From positions 382,005 through 446,004 of the forward strand of contig PKTK01000001.1 in the NCBI GenBank assembly GCA_002869165.1: a stretch of 64,000 nt of DNA, read 5' to 3'. This stretch comes from Candidatus Parcubacteria bacterium (GTDB lineage Bacteria > Patescibacteriota > Patescibacteriia > Patescibacteriales > UBA12075). The translations under genes were made by a program, and so were the position numbers. Positions 28,155-36,485 of this stretch are shown piece by piece; the stretch's first letter is position 1; every line of letters starts with the position of its first letter. The notes under the pieces are model-generated. The model saw only the letters and a list, made by a program, of their open reading frames with translations. It ran no database searches and had not been told where the DNA came from.

Positions 28155-29102
28155 TTAAAATCCAAAATATGTCACTTCTTCGACTAATTGTATGCCAAAC
28201 TTATTTCTGACTTGCTGTTTTATATAACTAATCATCATAATAATTTCTTCGCTTGTTCCTTTGCCTGTATTTACTATGTGGTTGGCGTGTTCTAAGCTTA
28301 TTTTGATTCCGCCCATTGATTTTCCTTTGAGTCCAGCCTTTTCAATTATAAGTCCGGCGCTCAACCAGCCCTCTCGACCTATTTTATCTTTAAATTCTCT
28401 ATTAAATAGAATTGGGTTAGCCTGTTTGGCAATCTCTGGGTCAATGTTGGTAAAAACAGAGCCAGCGCTAGGAAGTTGTGGATATTTAGTTTTTCTGAAT
28501 TCCAATGATTCTTCCATTTTTTCCTCAATTTCATTTTTTTCTTTATGTTCAAGCTTGAGGATTGTTTTCCAGACAAGAAACTGGGGTTTTTGTTTAAAGA
28601 TGCTACTGCGATATGAAAACAAGCACATATTTTTACTCAAAGTCTCAAATTCATTTCTTTTAGAATTATATATTTCTACAGTTTCTACAATATCCTGCAT
28701 GCATGTTCCAAAAGCACCCGCATTACCTCTTATGGCTCCACCAACAGTAGCTCGAGGAATGCCACTTGACCACTCAAGGCCAGAAAGAGAGCTATTTAGC
28801 GCTAAACTAGCTGCTTGTGCTAAGCTTACACCTGCTCCAAGATCCAGTCGATCCCCCTTAGCTTGTTTTTCGTCATTGGAAATATGTAAAACCAGACCAT
28901 TTATACCTGAGTCTGGTGTAACAATATTTGATCCTCCGCCTAAAATATAGGTTTTAAGTTCATTTTCCTGAGCAAATTGAAAACCATCCATTAAGTCATC
29001 TTTTGACTTAACTTCTAGATAATACTTAACCTCTCCTCCAACTCGAAAAGTATTGAATTCCTTCAAACTAATATTTTCCCTAATTTTTTCTTTTATAGAC
29101 AT
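28155..29102 (-). CDS. murB: UDP-N-acetylenolpyruvoylglucosamine reductase
   Basis: ..FNTFRVGGEVKYY.., ..ILGGGSNI.., and a C-terminal MurB-type domain. Adjacent to murC. Confidence 0.85.
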   Translation of the reverse strand: MSIKEKIRENISLKEFNTFRVGGEVKYYLEVKSKDDLMDGFQFAQENELKTYILGGGSNIVTPDSGINGLVLHISNDEKQAKGDRLDLGAGVSLAQAASLALNSSLSGLEWSSGIPRATVGGAIRGNAGAFGTCMQDIVETVEIYNSKRNEFETLSKNMCLFSYRSSIFKQKPQFLVWKTILKLEHKEKNEIEEKMEESLEFRKTKYPQLPSAGSVFTNIDPEIAKQANPILFNREFKDKIGREGWLSAGLIIEKAGLKGKSMGGIKISLEHANHIVNTGKGTSEEIIMMISYIKQQVRNKFGIQLVEEVTYFGF

Positions 29103-29105
29103 TTT

Positions 29106-30515
29106 TTAATTATTTACAAGCCTTTCCCCTATCCGAAACACATCCCCAGCTCCCATGAGTACACAGAGATAATTTTGGTCAAGCTTTCCGCGTAGATATT
29201 CTTCGCACTTTTCAAGAGTTGGAATATAGATGACATGCAAATCGGGGTTTTGTTCTTCTATTTTTAAGATTAGGTCTTTAGAATGCACTCCACCTTGTTC
29301 TTCTCTGGCTGAGCCGTAGATATCTAATACAATTAATTCGTCTGTGTCAGAAAATGATTTAGCGAATTCATCTATAAGGCCTTTGGTGCGAGTAAAAGTG
29401 TGAGGATGAAACACTGTCAGAACATGTTTTTTGGGATATTTCTTTTTAATCCCAGCAATAGTTGCGCTAATTTCAGTTGGATGGTGAGCATAATCGTCTA
29501 TAATAGTTGCTCCGCGGAATCTGCCCATCATTTCCATACGTCTAGATACCCCCTTGAAATCTTCTAGATGACTTCTTATTTGCACAAGTGGAACATTTAG
29601 TTCAATGCAAGTTGCGATTACCGCTAGAGCATTATATACATTGTGTTCGCCACTCAAGGAAATACTAAAATCTCCAAGCTCATTTGGTCCCTCGTCTTCA
29701 TCAAAAGGATCCACACCAAGCTTTACTTTGAAATATTGCTTATCATCTCTTTGTTCAATATTATATGCCACATAATCTGCTAACTCGTTTATTGCGTAAC
29801 TTATCACTTTGGCCCGGGTATTTACATTAGCAATTCGTTTAACTGTGTCATCATCAAAGTTGGCTACCAAAAATCCATTTTTTGGAATTTTTGTAATAAA
29901 ATCTACAAAAACCTGATTGTAGTCATCTTTAGTCGGAAAGAAATCAGGATGATCATAGTCAATATTATTAAGTAAAACAGCATTAGGATTGTAGTGCTTT
30001 AGTTTGTTTTGGTATTCATCTGCCTCAATCAATAAATAATCAGACGAACCAGTAATCGAGCAACCACCTAGTTGATCTACATTAGCGCCTACCATAACAT
30101 TTGGTGCTAGAAAAGATTTTTCCAAAACATAACCGAGCCAAGCAGTGGTGGTGGTCTTGCCATGAGAACCTGCTACCGCAATACCAAAATATGAGCTAAA
30201 GAAATAGCCAAGTGCTTCAGCAAAGCTATACATTTCAAGTCCTCGTTTCTTAGCCTCAGCGAATTCAATATTAGTTTTTTCATTATAGGCGCTAGAATAT
30301 ATAATAATATGGTCACGTTCTGGTAAATTATCTATACTAAAACCTTGATGTACTTTGATACCACATTTTTTGAGCACCTTGTCAGTCATAAAAACTTCAG
30401 CTGTATCTGAACCCGTTACTTCAAAGCCTTTCTCAACCAAAAACTGAGCTAGCATAGATACACCAACCCCCTTGATACCGATCATATATATTTTTTTCTT
30501 GTTTTTTAAGTTCAT
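29106..30515 (-). CDS. murC: UDP-N-acetylmuramate--L-alanine ligase
   Basis: Start taken at MNLKNKKKIYMIGIKGVGVSMLAQFL..GSD. The Mur ligase P-loop is GSHGKTTTT. The ORF-track N-terminal extension (to 30608) is read-through of hairpin repeat A. Confidence 0.85.
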   Translation of the reverse strand: MNLKNKKKIYMIGIKGVGVSMLAQFLVEKGFEVTGSDTAEVFMTDKVLKKCGIKVHQGFSIDNLPERDHIIIYSSAYNEKTNIEFAEAKKRGLEMYSFAEALGYFFSSYFGIAVAGSHGKTTTTAWLGYVLEKSFLAPNVMVGANVDQLGGCSITGSSDYLLIEADEYQNKLKHYNPNAVLLNNIDYDHPDFFPTKDDYNQVFVDFITKIPKNGFLVANFDDDTVKRIANVNTRAKVISYAINELADYVAYNIEQRDDKQYFKVKLGVDPFDEDEGPNELGDFSISLSGEHNVYNALAVIATCIELNVPLVQIRSHLEDFKGVSRRMEMMGRFRGATIIDDYAHHPTEISATIAGIKKKYPKKHVLTVFHPHTFTRTKGLIDEFAKSFSDTDELIVLDIYGSAREEQGGVHSKDLILKIEEQNPDLHVIYIPTLEKCEEYLRGKLDQNYLCVLMGAGDVFRIGERLVNN

Positions 30516-30525
30516 TTTTTGTTTT

Positions 30526-30630
30526 TTGTTATTCCGTAAGGAGCGAAAGCGACTGTAGGAATCCCTTTGCCGTGCTATTTTCACGTTTAAGGGATTTCTT
30601 CGCTTCACTTCGTTACGCTACGAAATGAAA
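30526..30630 (+). repeat. hairpin repeat unit A (3' flank of GIY-YIG gene 1)
   Basis: TTGTTATTCCGTAAGGAGCGAAAGCGACTGTAGGAATCCC - loop - GGGATTTCTTCGCTTCACTTCGTTACGCTACGAAATGA. The arms are imperfect inverted repeats. Confidence 0.8.
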
Positions 30631-30636
30631 AGTTTT

Positions 30637-30930
30637 TTAAATTAAATCGTGATAAAGATCTTTCCAATGTGGATTAAGCTCTTTAATTATTTTCTCTTTT
30701 TTCTGCCTATTCCAATCTTTCAATTCTTTTTCTCTTTCTAGTGCTTCATTAACATATTTAAATATTTCATAATACACTAGTTTTTTGCATGAGTACTTTT
30801 TTGAAAATCCTTCGATCTTCCCCTCTCTATGTTCTATTATTCTTCTAATTAGTGAATTTGTAAACCCAATGTATAAAGTACCGCTACTGCTAGCAATTAT
30901 ATAAACATAAAATTTATATTCCCTCCTCAT
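30637..30930 (-). CDS. small GIY-YIG nuclease-family protein (97 aa)
   Basis: MRREYKFYVYIIASSSGTLYIGFTNSLIRRIIEHREG.. carries the GIY..YIG..R..H/E core. A GAGGAGGG SD precedes the ATG at 30930. The ORF-track extension is read-through of repeat B. Confidence 0.85.
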   Translation of the reverse strand: MRREYKFYVYIIASSSGTLYIGFTNSLIRRIIEHREGKIEGFSKKYSCKKLVYYEIFKYVNEALEREKELKDWNRQKKEKIIKELNPHWKDLYHDLI

Positions 30931-30940
30931 ATTTTTTTCT

Positions 30941-31037
30941 TTGTCATTCCGTAAGGAGCGATAGCGACTGTAGAAATCCCTTAAACGTGAAAATAGCACA
31001 GTTAAGAGATTTCTTAGCTTCGCTACGAGATGACAAA
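30941..31037 (+). repeat. hairpin repeat unit B (5' flank of GIY-YIG gene 1)
   Basis: The left arm is near-identical to unit A (TTGTCATTCCGTAAGGAGCGATAGCGACTGTAGAAATCCC). The loop is the reverse complement of A's loop. The right arm is GAGATTTCTTAGCTTCGCTACGAGATGACAAA. Confidence 0.8.
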
Positions 31038-31065
31038 TAAATAGTTATATCCTCTCCTTTATCAA

Positions 31066-32142
31066 TTAAGCAATAACCTCATTGGCATCATCTTTTAATA
31101 TATTCTGAATATTTCTAGTATGAACTTCGATTAATTCTCCATCAAACAATTTATTTTTTACAATTTCAGTAAATTTTTGAGCATCTAGATTTTTTTGATG
31201 CAATACTGTCGCTGCATTAGCTTCAGAAAAAATCTTAGCATTTTCTTCTTGATGAGAATCAGGCATAGGGATTAAAATAGCATTTAAGCCAAGCTGAGAT
31301 ATTTCAGTCAAAGAATTCATACCACAACGAGACACGATTAAGTCAGCTACTGAATAAACCTTGATTACTCCAAAAATATCCAAAAATTCAAAGTATTTAT
31401 ATTCAGCTAAATTCTCCATCAAGTCATCATTTTTCTTGTCATTTTTACCTGTGCCTGTAATATGTATCACTTGGCAGTATTTTTTTAGTTTGGGCATAGC
31501 TTCAAGTACAAGATCATTGATGGCTTGCGCTCCTGTTCCCCCGCCCATCACAACCACTATTGGCTTTTCTGTTCTGAGACCAAACTTACTTATAGCTTCC
31601 CTGCGACTTATTTTCATTTTTTTATAATCTTGCCTAAAAGGATTGCCTGTCCAAATTGCTTTTTTACCATAATCATCCAAAGATTTTTCAAAGCTCACGG
31701 TTATAGTAGTAGCCAGGGGTGACATTAGTTTATTAGCTAAACCTGGTCTATAATCTTGCTGATGAACAAAAACAGGTACTCTAAATAGCCATGCTGCCCA
31801 AATAATCGGCACTGAAGCAAATGAGCCAGCCGACATTACTAGGTCTGGTTTGAATTTTAAAATTATAGCAATGGACTGAAAAAAGCCTGCCACTATTAAA
31901 AATGGATCTATAAAATTATTGAACGAAAAATACCTACGAAGCTTTCCGCCAGATATTGCCTGATATTTGAGTCCGTCTCTTTCAATCATGTGTTTTTCAA
32001 CTCCTCCTTTTACTCCAACAAAAAGAAACTCAAAATCATAATTTGAATCAAGTTTGAGAGTTTCAGCTACAGATAATAGTGGCGAAACTGGTCCAGCAGT
32101 CCCTCCGGCTGAAAATATTATTTTCTTTTTTATTTTTTTCAT
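31066..32142 (-). CDS. murG: undecaprenyldiphospho-muramoylpentapeptide beta-N-acetylglucosaminyltransferase
   Basis: N-terminal ..GGTAGPVSPLL.., mid ..GGGTGAQAIN.., GT28 layout, dcw context. Confidence 0.85.
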   Translation of the reverse strand: MKKIKKKIIFSAGGTAGPVSPLLSVAETLKLDSNYDFEFLFVGVKGGVEKHMIERDGLKYQAISGGKLRRYFSFNNFIDPFLIVAGFFQSIAIILKFKPDLVMSAGSFASVPIIWAAWLFRVPVFVHQQDYRPGLANKLMSPLATTITVSFEKSLDDYGKKAIWTGNPFRQDYKKMKISRREAISKFGLRTEKPIVVVMGGGTGAQAINDLVLEAMPKLKKYCQVIHITGTGKNDKKNDDLMENLAEYKYFEFLDIFGVIKVYSVADLIVSRCGMNSLTEISQLGLNAILIPMPDSHQEENAKIFSEANAATVLHQKNLDAQKFTEIVKNKLFDGELIEVHTRNIQNILKDDANEVIA

Positions 32143-32146
32143 TTAT

Positions 32147-32317
32147 TTACTTTTTCCAATCAACGATTTTAATAGTCTTCCCGCTTTTAGTTACCACTAA
32201 TTTCTGGCCCTCCCTAATCTTTAATGATCTGACAATTTCTATGGGCAAGGTAATACCGTAACTACCAGATTTTTTATAAACTTTACGGATGCTTCTTTTT
32301 TCTAAAGTTTTTCTCAT
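32147..32317 (-). CDS. AbrB/MazE/SpoVT-family DNA-binding protein (56 aa; below the ORF-track cut-off)
   Basis: Manual translation MRKTLEKRSIRKVYKKSGSYGITLPIEIVRSLKIREGQKLVVTKSGKTIKIVDWKK shows the looped-hinge SpoVT/AbrB pattern (GitLPxEivrxLxixeGqxL). The stop is 4 nt before the murG ATG. Confidence 0.7.
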   Translation of the reverse strand: MRKTLEKRSIRKVYKKSGSYGITLPIEIVRSLKIREGQKLVVTKSGKTIKIVDWKK

Positions 32318-32332
32318 AGTTTTTAAGTTAAT

Positions 32333-32370
32333 TTAGGGTACCTTAAAAGGTACCTTTTAAGGTACCCTAA
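32333..32370. promoter_or_regulatory. perfect 38-bp palindrome with three GGTACC cores (candidate operator)
   Basis: TTAGGGTACCTTAAAAGGTACCTTTTAAGGTACCCTAA equals its own reverse complement. It lies 16 nt upstream of the AbrB-type gene start. Confidence 0.6.
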
Positions 32371-32398
32371 TCTTACCCTATTTAATCTTATAAATCAA

Positions 32399-32695
32399 CT
32401 AAGAAAATATTTTATAAACTAAATATAAAATGGCACAATTTTGTAATATTAGCATCGGGATACCAATCAAAAAATACCATTTGCGAGTCTTATGCCTGAA
32501 GGCAAACATACCCGCATAGACCCCGAGACTACCGAAAATAGTAGCCAAAAAGAACATCATGCCCTCTGAGATTCTCTCAGAGTCTTGACTACTAGCTTTG
32601 ATTTTATCGATCATCATAATCAGGAAAGAAATTAAATTTATTCCAAGGAAGAAGATGATGATTATAAGTGGTTGGATTTCTATGTTTATGGACAT
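32399..32695 (-). CDS. DUF1294-like small membrane protein
   Basis: ..MMIDKIKA...RISE...FGSLGVYAGMFAFRHKTRKWYF.. matches the DUF1294 pattern. Confidence 0.6.
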   Translation of the reverse strand: MSINIEIQPLIIIIFFLGINLISFLIMMIDKIKASSQDSERISEGMMFFLATIFGSLGVYAGMFAFRHKTRKWYFLIGIPMLILQNCAILYLVYKIFS

Positions 32696-32746
32696 TTATT
32701 TATATAGCTAAATTGTTTTGGTGCTAAATTGTTGAGGTGGTTAATT

Positions 32747-32838
32747 TTGTCATTTAGAATCCCTTTAGGGTGAGAAATCTTTAATGCGTTTAGAGTGGCA
32801 CGTATTATAGATCTCTCGCATCCGCTCGAGATGACAAA
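32747..32838 (+). repeat. hairpin repeat unit C (3' flank of GIY-YIG gene 2)
   Basis: TTGTCATTTAGAATCCCTTTAGGGTGAGAAATC...ATTATAGATCTCTCGCATCCGCTCGAGATGACAA. The last 34 nt are identical to unit D. Confidence 0.8.
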
Positions 32839-33188
32839 TTTTTTATGTCTTCAAGAATTTCTTTATAGTTATTTTTGTTTATTCCGTAGCTGTCAAATAT
32901 TTCTGCACTTAAATCGTTTTGTTCAGGATTTATTTCGGAAATTAATGCAATCTTTTTTTCTCTTCGCCATTTTTTAATTTCTTTTTCTCTATTAATTGCC
33001 TGATCAATATACCTGTAATACTCATAATAGACTAAATATTTTAGTGAGTATTTTTTTGTAAAATTACTCCCGAAACCTTCTCTATGTTCAATAATTCTTC
33101 TAAGGATATTATTTGTTAATCCTGTATAGTATGTTGTCCTATTAAAATTTGAAACTATATAAATATAGTACCTATACTCCTTTTTCAT
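32805..33188 (-). CDS. small GIY-YIG nuclease-family protein (127 aa)
   Basis: MKKEYRYYIYIVSNFNRTTYYTGLTNNILRRIIEHREG.., with a GGAGGG SD before the ATG at 33188. The 3' end runs into repeat C, and the ORF-track N-terminal extension is read-through of repeat D. Confidence 0.8.
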   Translation of the reverse strand: MKKEYRYYIYIVSNFNRTTYYTGLTNNILRRIIEHREGFGSNFTKKYSLKYLVYYEYYRYIDQAINREKEIKKWRREKKIALISEINPEQNDLSAEIFDSYGINKNNYKEILEDIKNLSSRADARDL

Positions 33189-33213
33189 TTCCCTCCTTAA
33201 TAATTTAATTATT

Positions 33214-33297
33214 TTGTCATTTCGAACGAAGTGAGAAATCTTTAATATGTTAAAATTGCACGAATTATAGATCTCTCGCATCCGCTCGAGATGACAA
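33214..33297 (+). repeat. hairpin repeat unit D (5' flank of GIY-YIG gene 2)
   Basis: TTGTCATTTCGAACGAAGTGAGAAATC - loop - GATCTCTCGCATCCGCTCGAGATGACAA. The arms pair over ~25 nt with a few mismatches/wobbles. Confidence 0.8.
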
Positions 33298-33319
33298 GAA
33301 TCATATAACAATGTTATAT

Positions 33320-33703
33320 CTATAAGTTCTTCAAATACTCCACAATCGGTAAATCCGCTTCTACGAATTTGTAATTTTCGAAGTCTTCTGCTTCTACCCA
33401 GGCGATACGTGAGTGATCGTTTAATTTGAATTTTCCTGAACGATACTTTGCTTTGTAGACGTATATTTTTACATTAGTCTTGTCCATGTATTTGTGCTCA
33501 GTTTCCATGATAAGTTCATGGATGTCAGCGTCTATCTCAAGCTCCTCCCTGAGCTCTCTTTTGAGGCACTCCTTTGGGGTTTCATTGGCTTCAATTTTGC
33601 CACCAGGAAATTCCCAGAGATCGCCCATGTGGCTATTCTCTAGTCTTTTTCCTATTAGTACATGCTTATTTTTTATTAGCACTGCAGCTGTTACTTCTAT
33701 CAT
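33320..33703 (-). CDS. NUDIX hydrolase (MutT-like)
   Basis: Nudix box GGKIEANETPKECLKRELREELEI. 127 aa. Confidence 0.8.
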   Translation of the reverse strand: MIEVTAAVLIKNKHVLIGKRLENSHMGDLWEFPGGKIEANETPKECLKRELREELEIDADIHELIMETEHKYMDKTNVKIYVYKAKYRSGKFKLNDHSRIAWVEAEDFENYKFVEADLPIVEYLKNL

Positions 33704-34843
33704 TTATGTTCTTTTAGTTTGCTTGGAAATATTTACTAAAATCCCGCAAGCAGCCATGGCTGAAAGGATGGCAGATCCGCCGTAACTAATAAGAGGAAGC
33801 GGTACGCCGGTCATGGGGATGATATTGATAATACCGCCGATATTTATCATGGCCTGAAGAGATATCCAGCTTACGATTCCTATGGCCAGGTTTTGACCAA
33901 AAGGATCGGGGGCGTTCTTGGCTATCAGAAACCCTCTGTAAAATATAAAAAGAAACAGTGATATTAGAATTACTCCAAATACTAAACCAGTTTCTTCAGC
34001 TATAATTGCAAAAATTGAGTCACCACTTACTTCAGGTAGATACATGAACTTTTGCCTACTCTCCCCTAGTCCTCGTCCTAAAACACCCCCAGAACCAACT
34101 GCAATAAGTGACTGATTGATCTGATAACAAACATCATTAGCGGAATAATCAGGATTTATCATGCAACGAATTCTATCCATTTGATAAGGTTTAATCTGAA
34201 GCATGACCAAAAAGAGAATAATACCAACCAAAATAATACCTAAAATATGAGTTAATTTACCACCACCAACAAAAAACACTATCAATGAAGTGGCTGCAAG
34301 GATTGAAAGCGTACCAATGTCTGGCTGCAGAATCATAAGTCCTGCCAAAACAGACAAAAGTCCTACAAAAGGCATGATACCTCGAGATATTTCCCCTAAC
34401 TCTTCTTTTCTAAACTCAAGCCAAGCAGATAAATATATTAAAAAAGACAATTTCACAAATTCTGATGGCTGCAATGAATAGCCGAAGACATTAATCCAAC
34501 TACGAGCCTTGCCGTAGTGAGCACTAAGTCCAGGAATAAACACAAGTAACAATAAGCCAATTGACCCAAGTAAAAACCAAAATGCATAGTTTTTCCAATT
34601 ACGATAATCAACTTTAGCTAAAAACAAAAAAACAGCCATTCCGACAAACAAACCAAAAAGCTGATGTTTAAAAAAATAATAAGCATCGCAAAATTTGGAA
34701 TAAGCAGTGATTGAAGATGCACTAGATAAAGCAATTAGCCCCAAAAAAATAGTTAAAAAAATTGCTCCTATCAAAAGCTTGTCAGACTCGTGATATGTCC
34801 TTTTTCTTTCTGAATTATGTTTTGCTCTGTTAGTAGCTAACAT
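33704..34843 (-). CDS. ftsW: SEDS-family peptidoglycan polymerase FtsW/RodA
   Basis: 10-TM SEDS layout. It shares 1 nt with the mraY stop (TAATG). The ftsW assignment comes from the dcw context. Confidence 0.8.
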   Translation of the reverse strand: MLATNRAKHNSERKRTYHESDKLLIGAIFLTIFLGLIALSSASSITAYSKFCDAYYFFKHQLFGLFVGMAVFLFLAKVDYRNWKNYAFWFLLGSIGLLLLVFIPGLSAHYGKARSWINVFGYSLQPSEFVKLSFLIYLSAWLEFRKEELGEISRGIMPFVGLLSVLAGLMILQPDIGTLSILAATSLIVFFVGGGKLTHILGIILVGIILFLVMLQIKPYQMDRIRCMINPDYSANDVCYQINQSLIAVGSGGVLGRGLGESRQKFMYLPEVSGDSIFAIIAEETGLVFGVILISLFLFIFYRGFLIAKNAPDPFGQNLAIGIVSWISLQAMINIGGIINIIPMTGVPLPLISYGGSAILSAMAACGILVNISKQTKRT

Positions 34844-35892
34844 TAAATTGTTTTATCGAGAACAAAAATTATTAAACCAATACTAGAAAAAATACCTGAT
34901 AAAACCCATGCTCTCATTACAATTTTAGTTTCGGGCCAGCCTTTAGCTTCAAAATGATGATGAATTGGAGCTGATAAAAAAACCTTTTTGCCATTTCTTA
35001 ACTTTTTTGAAACAATTTGGATAATAGTTGATAGAGCCTCGAGTAAAAAGATGAAGCCAATAAAGGGTAAAATAAATTCAGTATGTGTGTAAAGTGCGAA
35101 AACAGCCAAAGTTACACCCATAGAAATAGAACCGGTATCGCCCATATAAAATCTAGCCGGATTAATATTAAACCACAAAAATGCTAACAATGCTCCAACT
35201 AAAACTCCACAAAAAGCAGCTAAATCATATCTACCAATTGAGAAAGCAATTACTCCATAAGAAAGAAAAGATATCATCAAAGTTCCTCCTGCTAAACCAT
35301 CAAGTCCGTCAGTTTGGTTAACTGAAAAAGCAGTCCCAACTACTATAAAAATAAAAAATAAAATATACCACCATCCTACTTCAAAGGTCCCTATCAGAGG
35401 AATAGTTACAAGATCCCATTCTAACTTAAAGTAAAACCACCAAGCACCAACCATCGCAATGGCTATATATATAAGTAGTTTATGCGAGAATTTAATCCCT
35501 CTTTTTTTGTAACCCAAGCGTCTCACATCCAAATAATCATCAATAAGTCCGACTAATGCAGATGCTACTAAAACTCCAAGGGGAAGCAGGGTTTCTTTTC
35601 TGGTTAGAAAGTTAATTTTTTCCAATATTTCAAACGGTAGTAGCTTTGATACATAGAAAAAGAATAAAGAAAATATTAAAACTGTTGCCCATATCAAAAT
35701 TCCACCCATGGTTGGTGTGCCTGATTTATGAGCATGCATTTTGGTGAATAACGGTGTATTGCCATCATCTCTAATCTGTTTGCCTATTTTATATTTATAA
35801 AGAAAATGAGTTAACAAGGGAGTCAAAGATACTGCAAAAATAAATGACAAGGTTGTTAAAAAAAGAATTTTGATAATGTAAAAGTTTTCCAT
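34843..35892 (-). CDS. mraY: phospho-N-acetylmuramoyl-pentapeptide transferase
   Basis: Polytopic, with ..DDYLD.., ..NQTDGLDGLA.. and ..PIHHHFE.. MraY motifs. Confidence 0.9.
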   Translation of the reverse strand: MENFYIIKILFLTTLSFIFAVSLTPLLTHFLYKYKIGKQIRDDGNTPLFTKMHAHKSGTPTMGGILIWATVLIFSLFFFYVSKLLPFEILEKINFLTRKETLLPLGVLVASALVGLIDDYLDVRRLGYKKRGIKFSHKLLIYIAIAMVGAWWFYFKLEWDLVTIPLIGTFEVGWWYILFFIFIVVGTAFSVNQTDGLDGLAGGTLMISFLSYGVIAFSIGRYDLAAFCGVLVGALLAFLWFNINPARFYMGDTGSISMGVTLAVFALYTHTEFILPFIGFIFLLEALSTIIQIVSKKLRNGKKVFLSAPIHHHFEAKGWPETKIVMRAWVLSGIFSSIGLIIFVLDKTI

Positions 35893-35907
35893 ATTTATTT
35901 TTATTTT

Positions 35908-36324
35908 TTATCTTGAATTTATTAAATAAATAGAACCAAGTCCAATTAATAAAGTAAAATTACAGATCAATGCCACCACAAAAAGAATGTGACCTATCAG
36001 TCTCCTGTCTTGATTATTTCTAACTAAAATAAAAATTATTAAGTTAATTACAAAAAATAACAGGCCTAAAAAAGGTAAGATAAAAATATTATTAGTGCCT
36101 CCGAAATAATCTATTCCAATATCTACATTGTAGTGAAGAGCCATTCTGGGCTCATTAATATAATTTTTTATGAGGATTGAAAAAATCCATAAAGCTGAAT
36201 TTAGCACTAAAAAAATAGCTAGATAGATTCGAAAAAAAATAAAAAAGAAAATTTCTGAAGCAATATTAAAACAATTTTCTTTAATATTTTGCAAATAATA
36301 TATAATTTTTTCCCTTATCAGCAT
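35908..36324 (-). CDS. hypothetical integral membrane protein (138 aa)
   Basis: Four predicted hydrophobic helices; no motif. Confidence 0.5.
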   Translation of the reverse strand: MLIREKIIYYLQNIKENCFNIASEIFFFIFFRIYLAIFLVLNSALWIFSILIKNYINEPRMALHYNVDIGIDYFGGTNNIFILPFLGLLFFVINLIIFILVRNNQDRRLIGHILFVVALICNFTLLIGLGSIYLINSR

Positions 36325-36416
36325 AGTAAATTTACTTACATTACTAGATTAGCATAAAAAAATAAAAAAAAGAAGACTTATAAATTTGAAAAAATTTTTC
36401 AATATTTGTCAAAATG

Positions 36417-36425
36417 TGGTATAAT
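36417..36425 (+). promoter_or_regulatory. extended -10 promoter element upstream of pilB
   Basis: TGgTATAAT about 60 nt upstream of the pilB start. The -35 is weak. Confidence 0.4.
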
Positions 36426-36485
36426 AATCTTATCAACAAGCAATTTATTATTGTTTTTTACTGAAAATAAATCAGTTATTTTTTT

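Noticed and set aside
28261-28950. 229-aa plus-strand ORF, plus other long antisense ORFs (for example 50050-50439, 19044-19460, 13676-14068).
   Set aside because: Each lies fully inside, and antisense to, a gene with clear family motifs (murB, mreB, P-type ATPase, ftsX). Their composition is skewed (Ser/Pro/Leu-rich) and no SD is present.
30516-30608. N-terminal extensions in the ORF track for murC (30516-30608). Similar extensions occur on GIY-YIG 1 (30931-30999), GIY-YIG 2 (33189-33311), lexA (59468-59548), the recombinase (7312-7440), and the FtsB-like and 117-aa ORFs.
   Set aside because: The extensions translate hairpin repeats or intergenic DNA (for example ..SYSRFRSLRNN..). They lack SD sequences. 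Each is followed by an internal Met with a good SD and a canonical family N-terminus.
32147-32317. The AbrB/MazE-type ORF as the antitoxin of a type II toxin-antitoxin pair.
   Set aside because: No toxin-like ORF is adjacent. The downstream gene, 4 nt away, is murG, and the upstream neighbour is a DUF1294 membrane protein. A stand-alone regulator is more likely.
30526-33297. Whether the repeated ~90-nt hairpin units could be a CRISPR array or a riboswitch.
   Set aside because: There are only four units, in two pairs, each pair flanking a GIY-YIG gene. They do not alternate with short unique spacers, and no cas genes are present. Their sequence does not resemble any riboswitch core I recognise.
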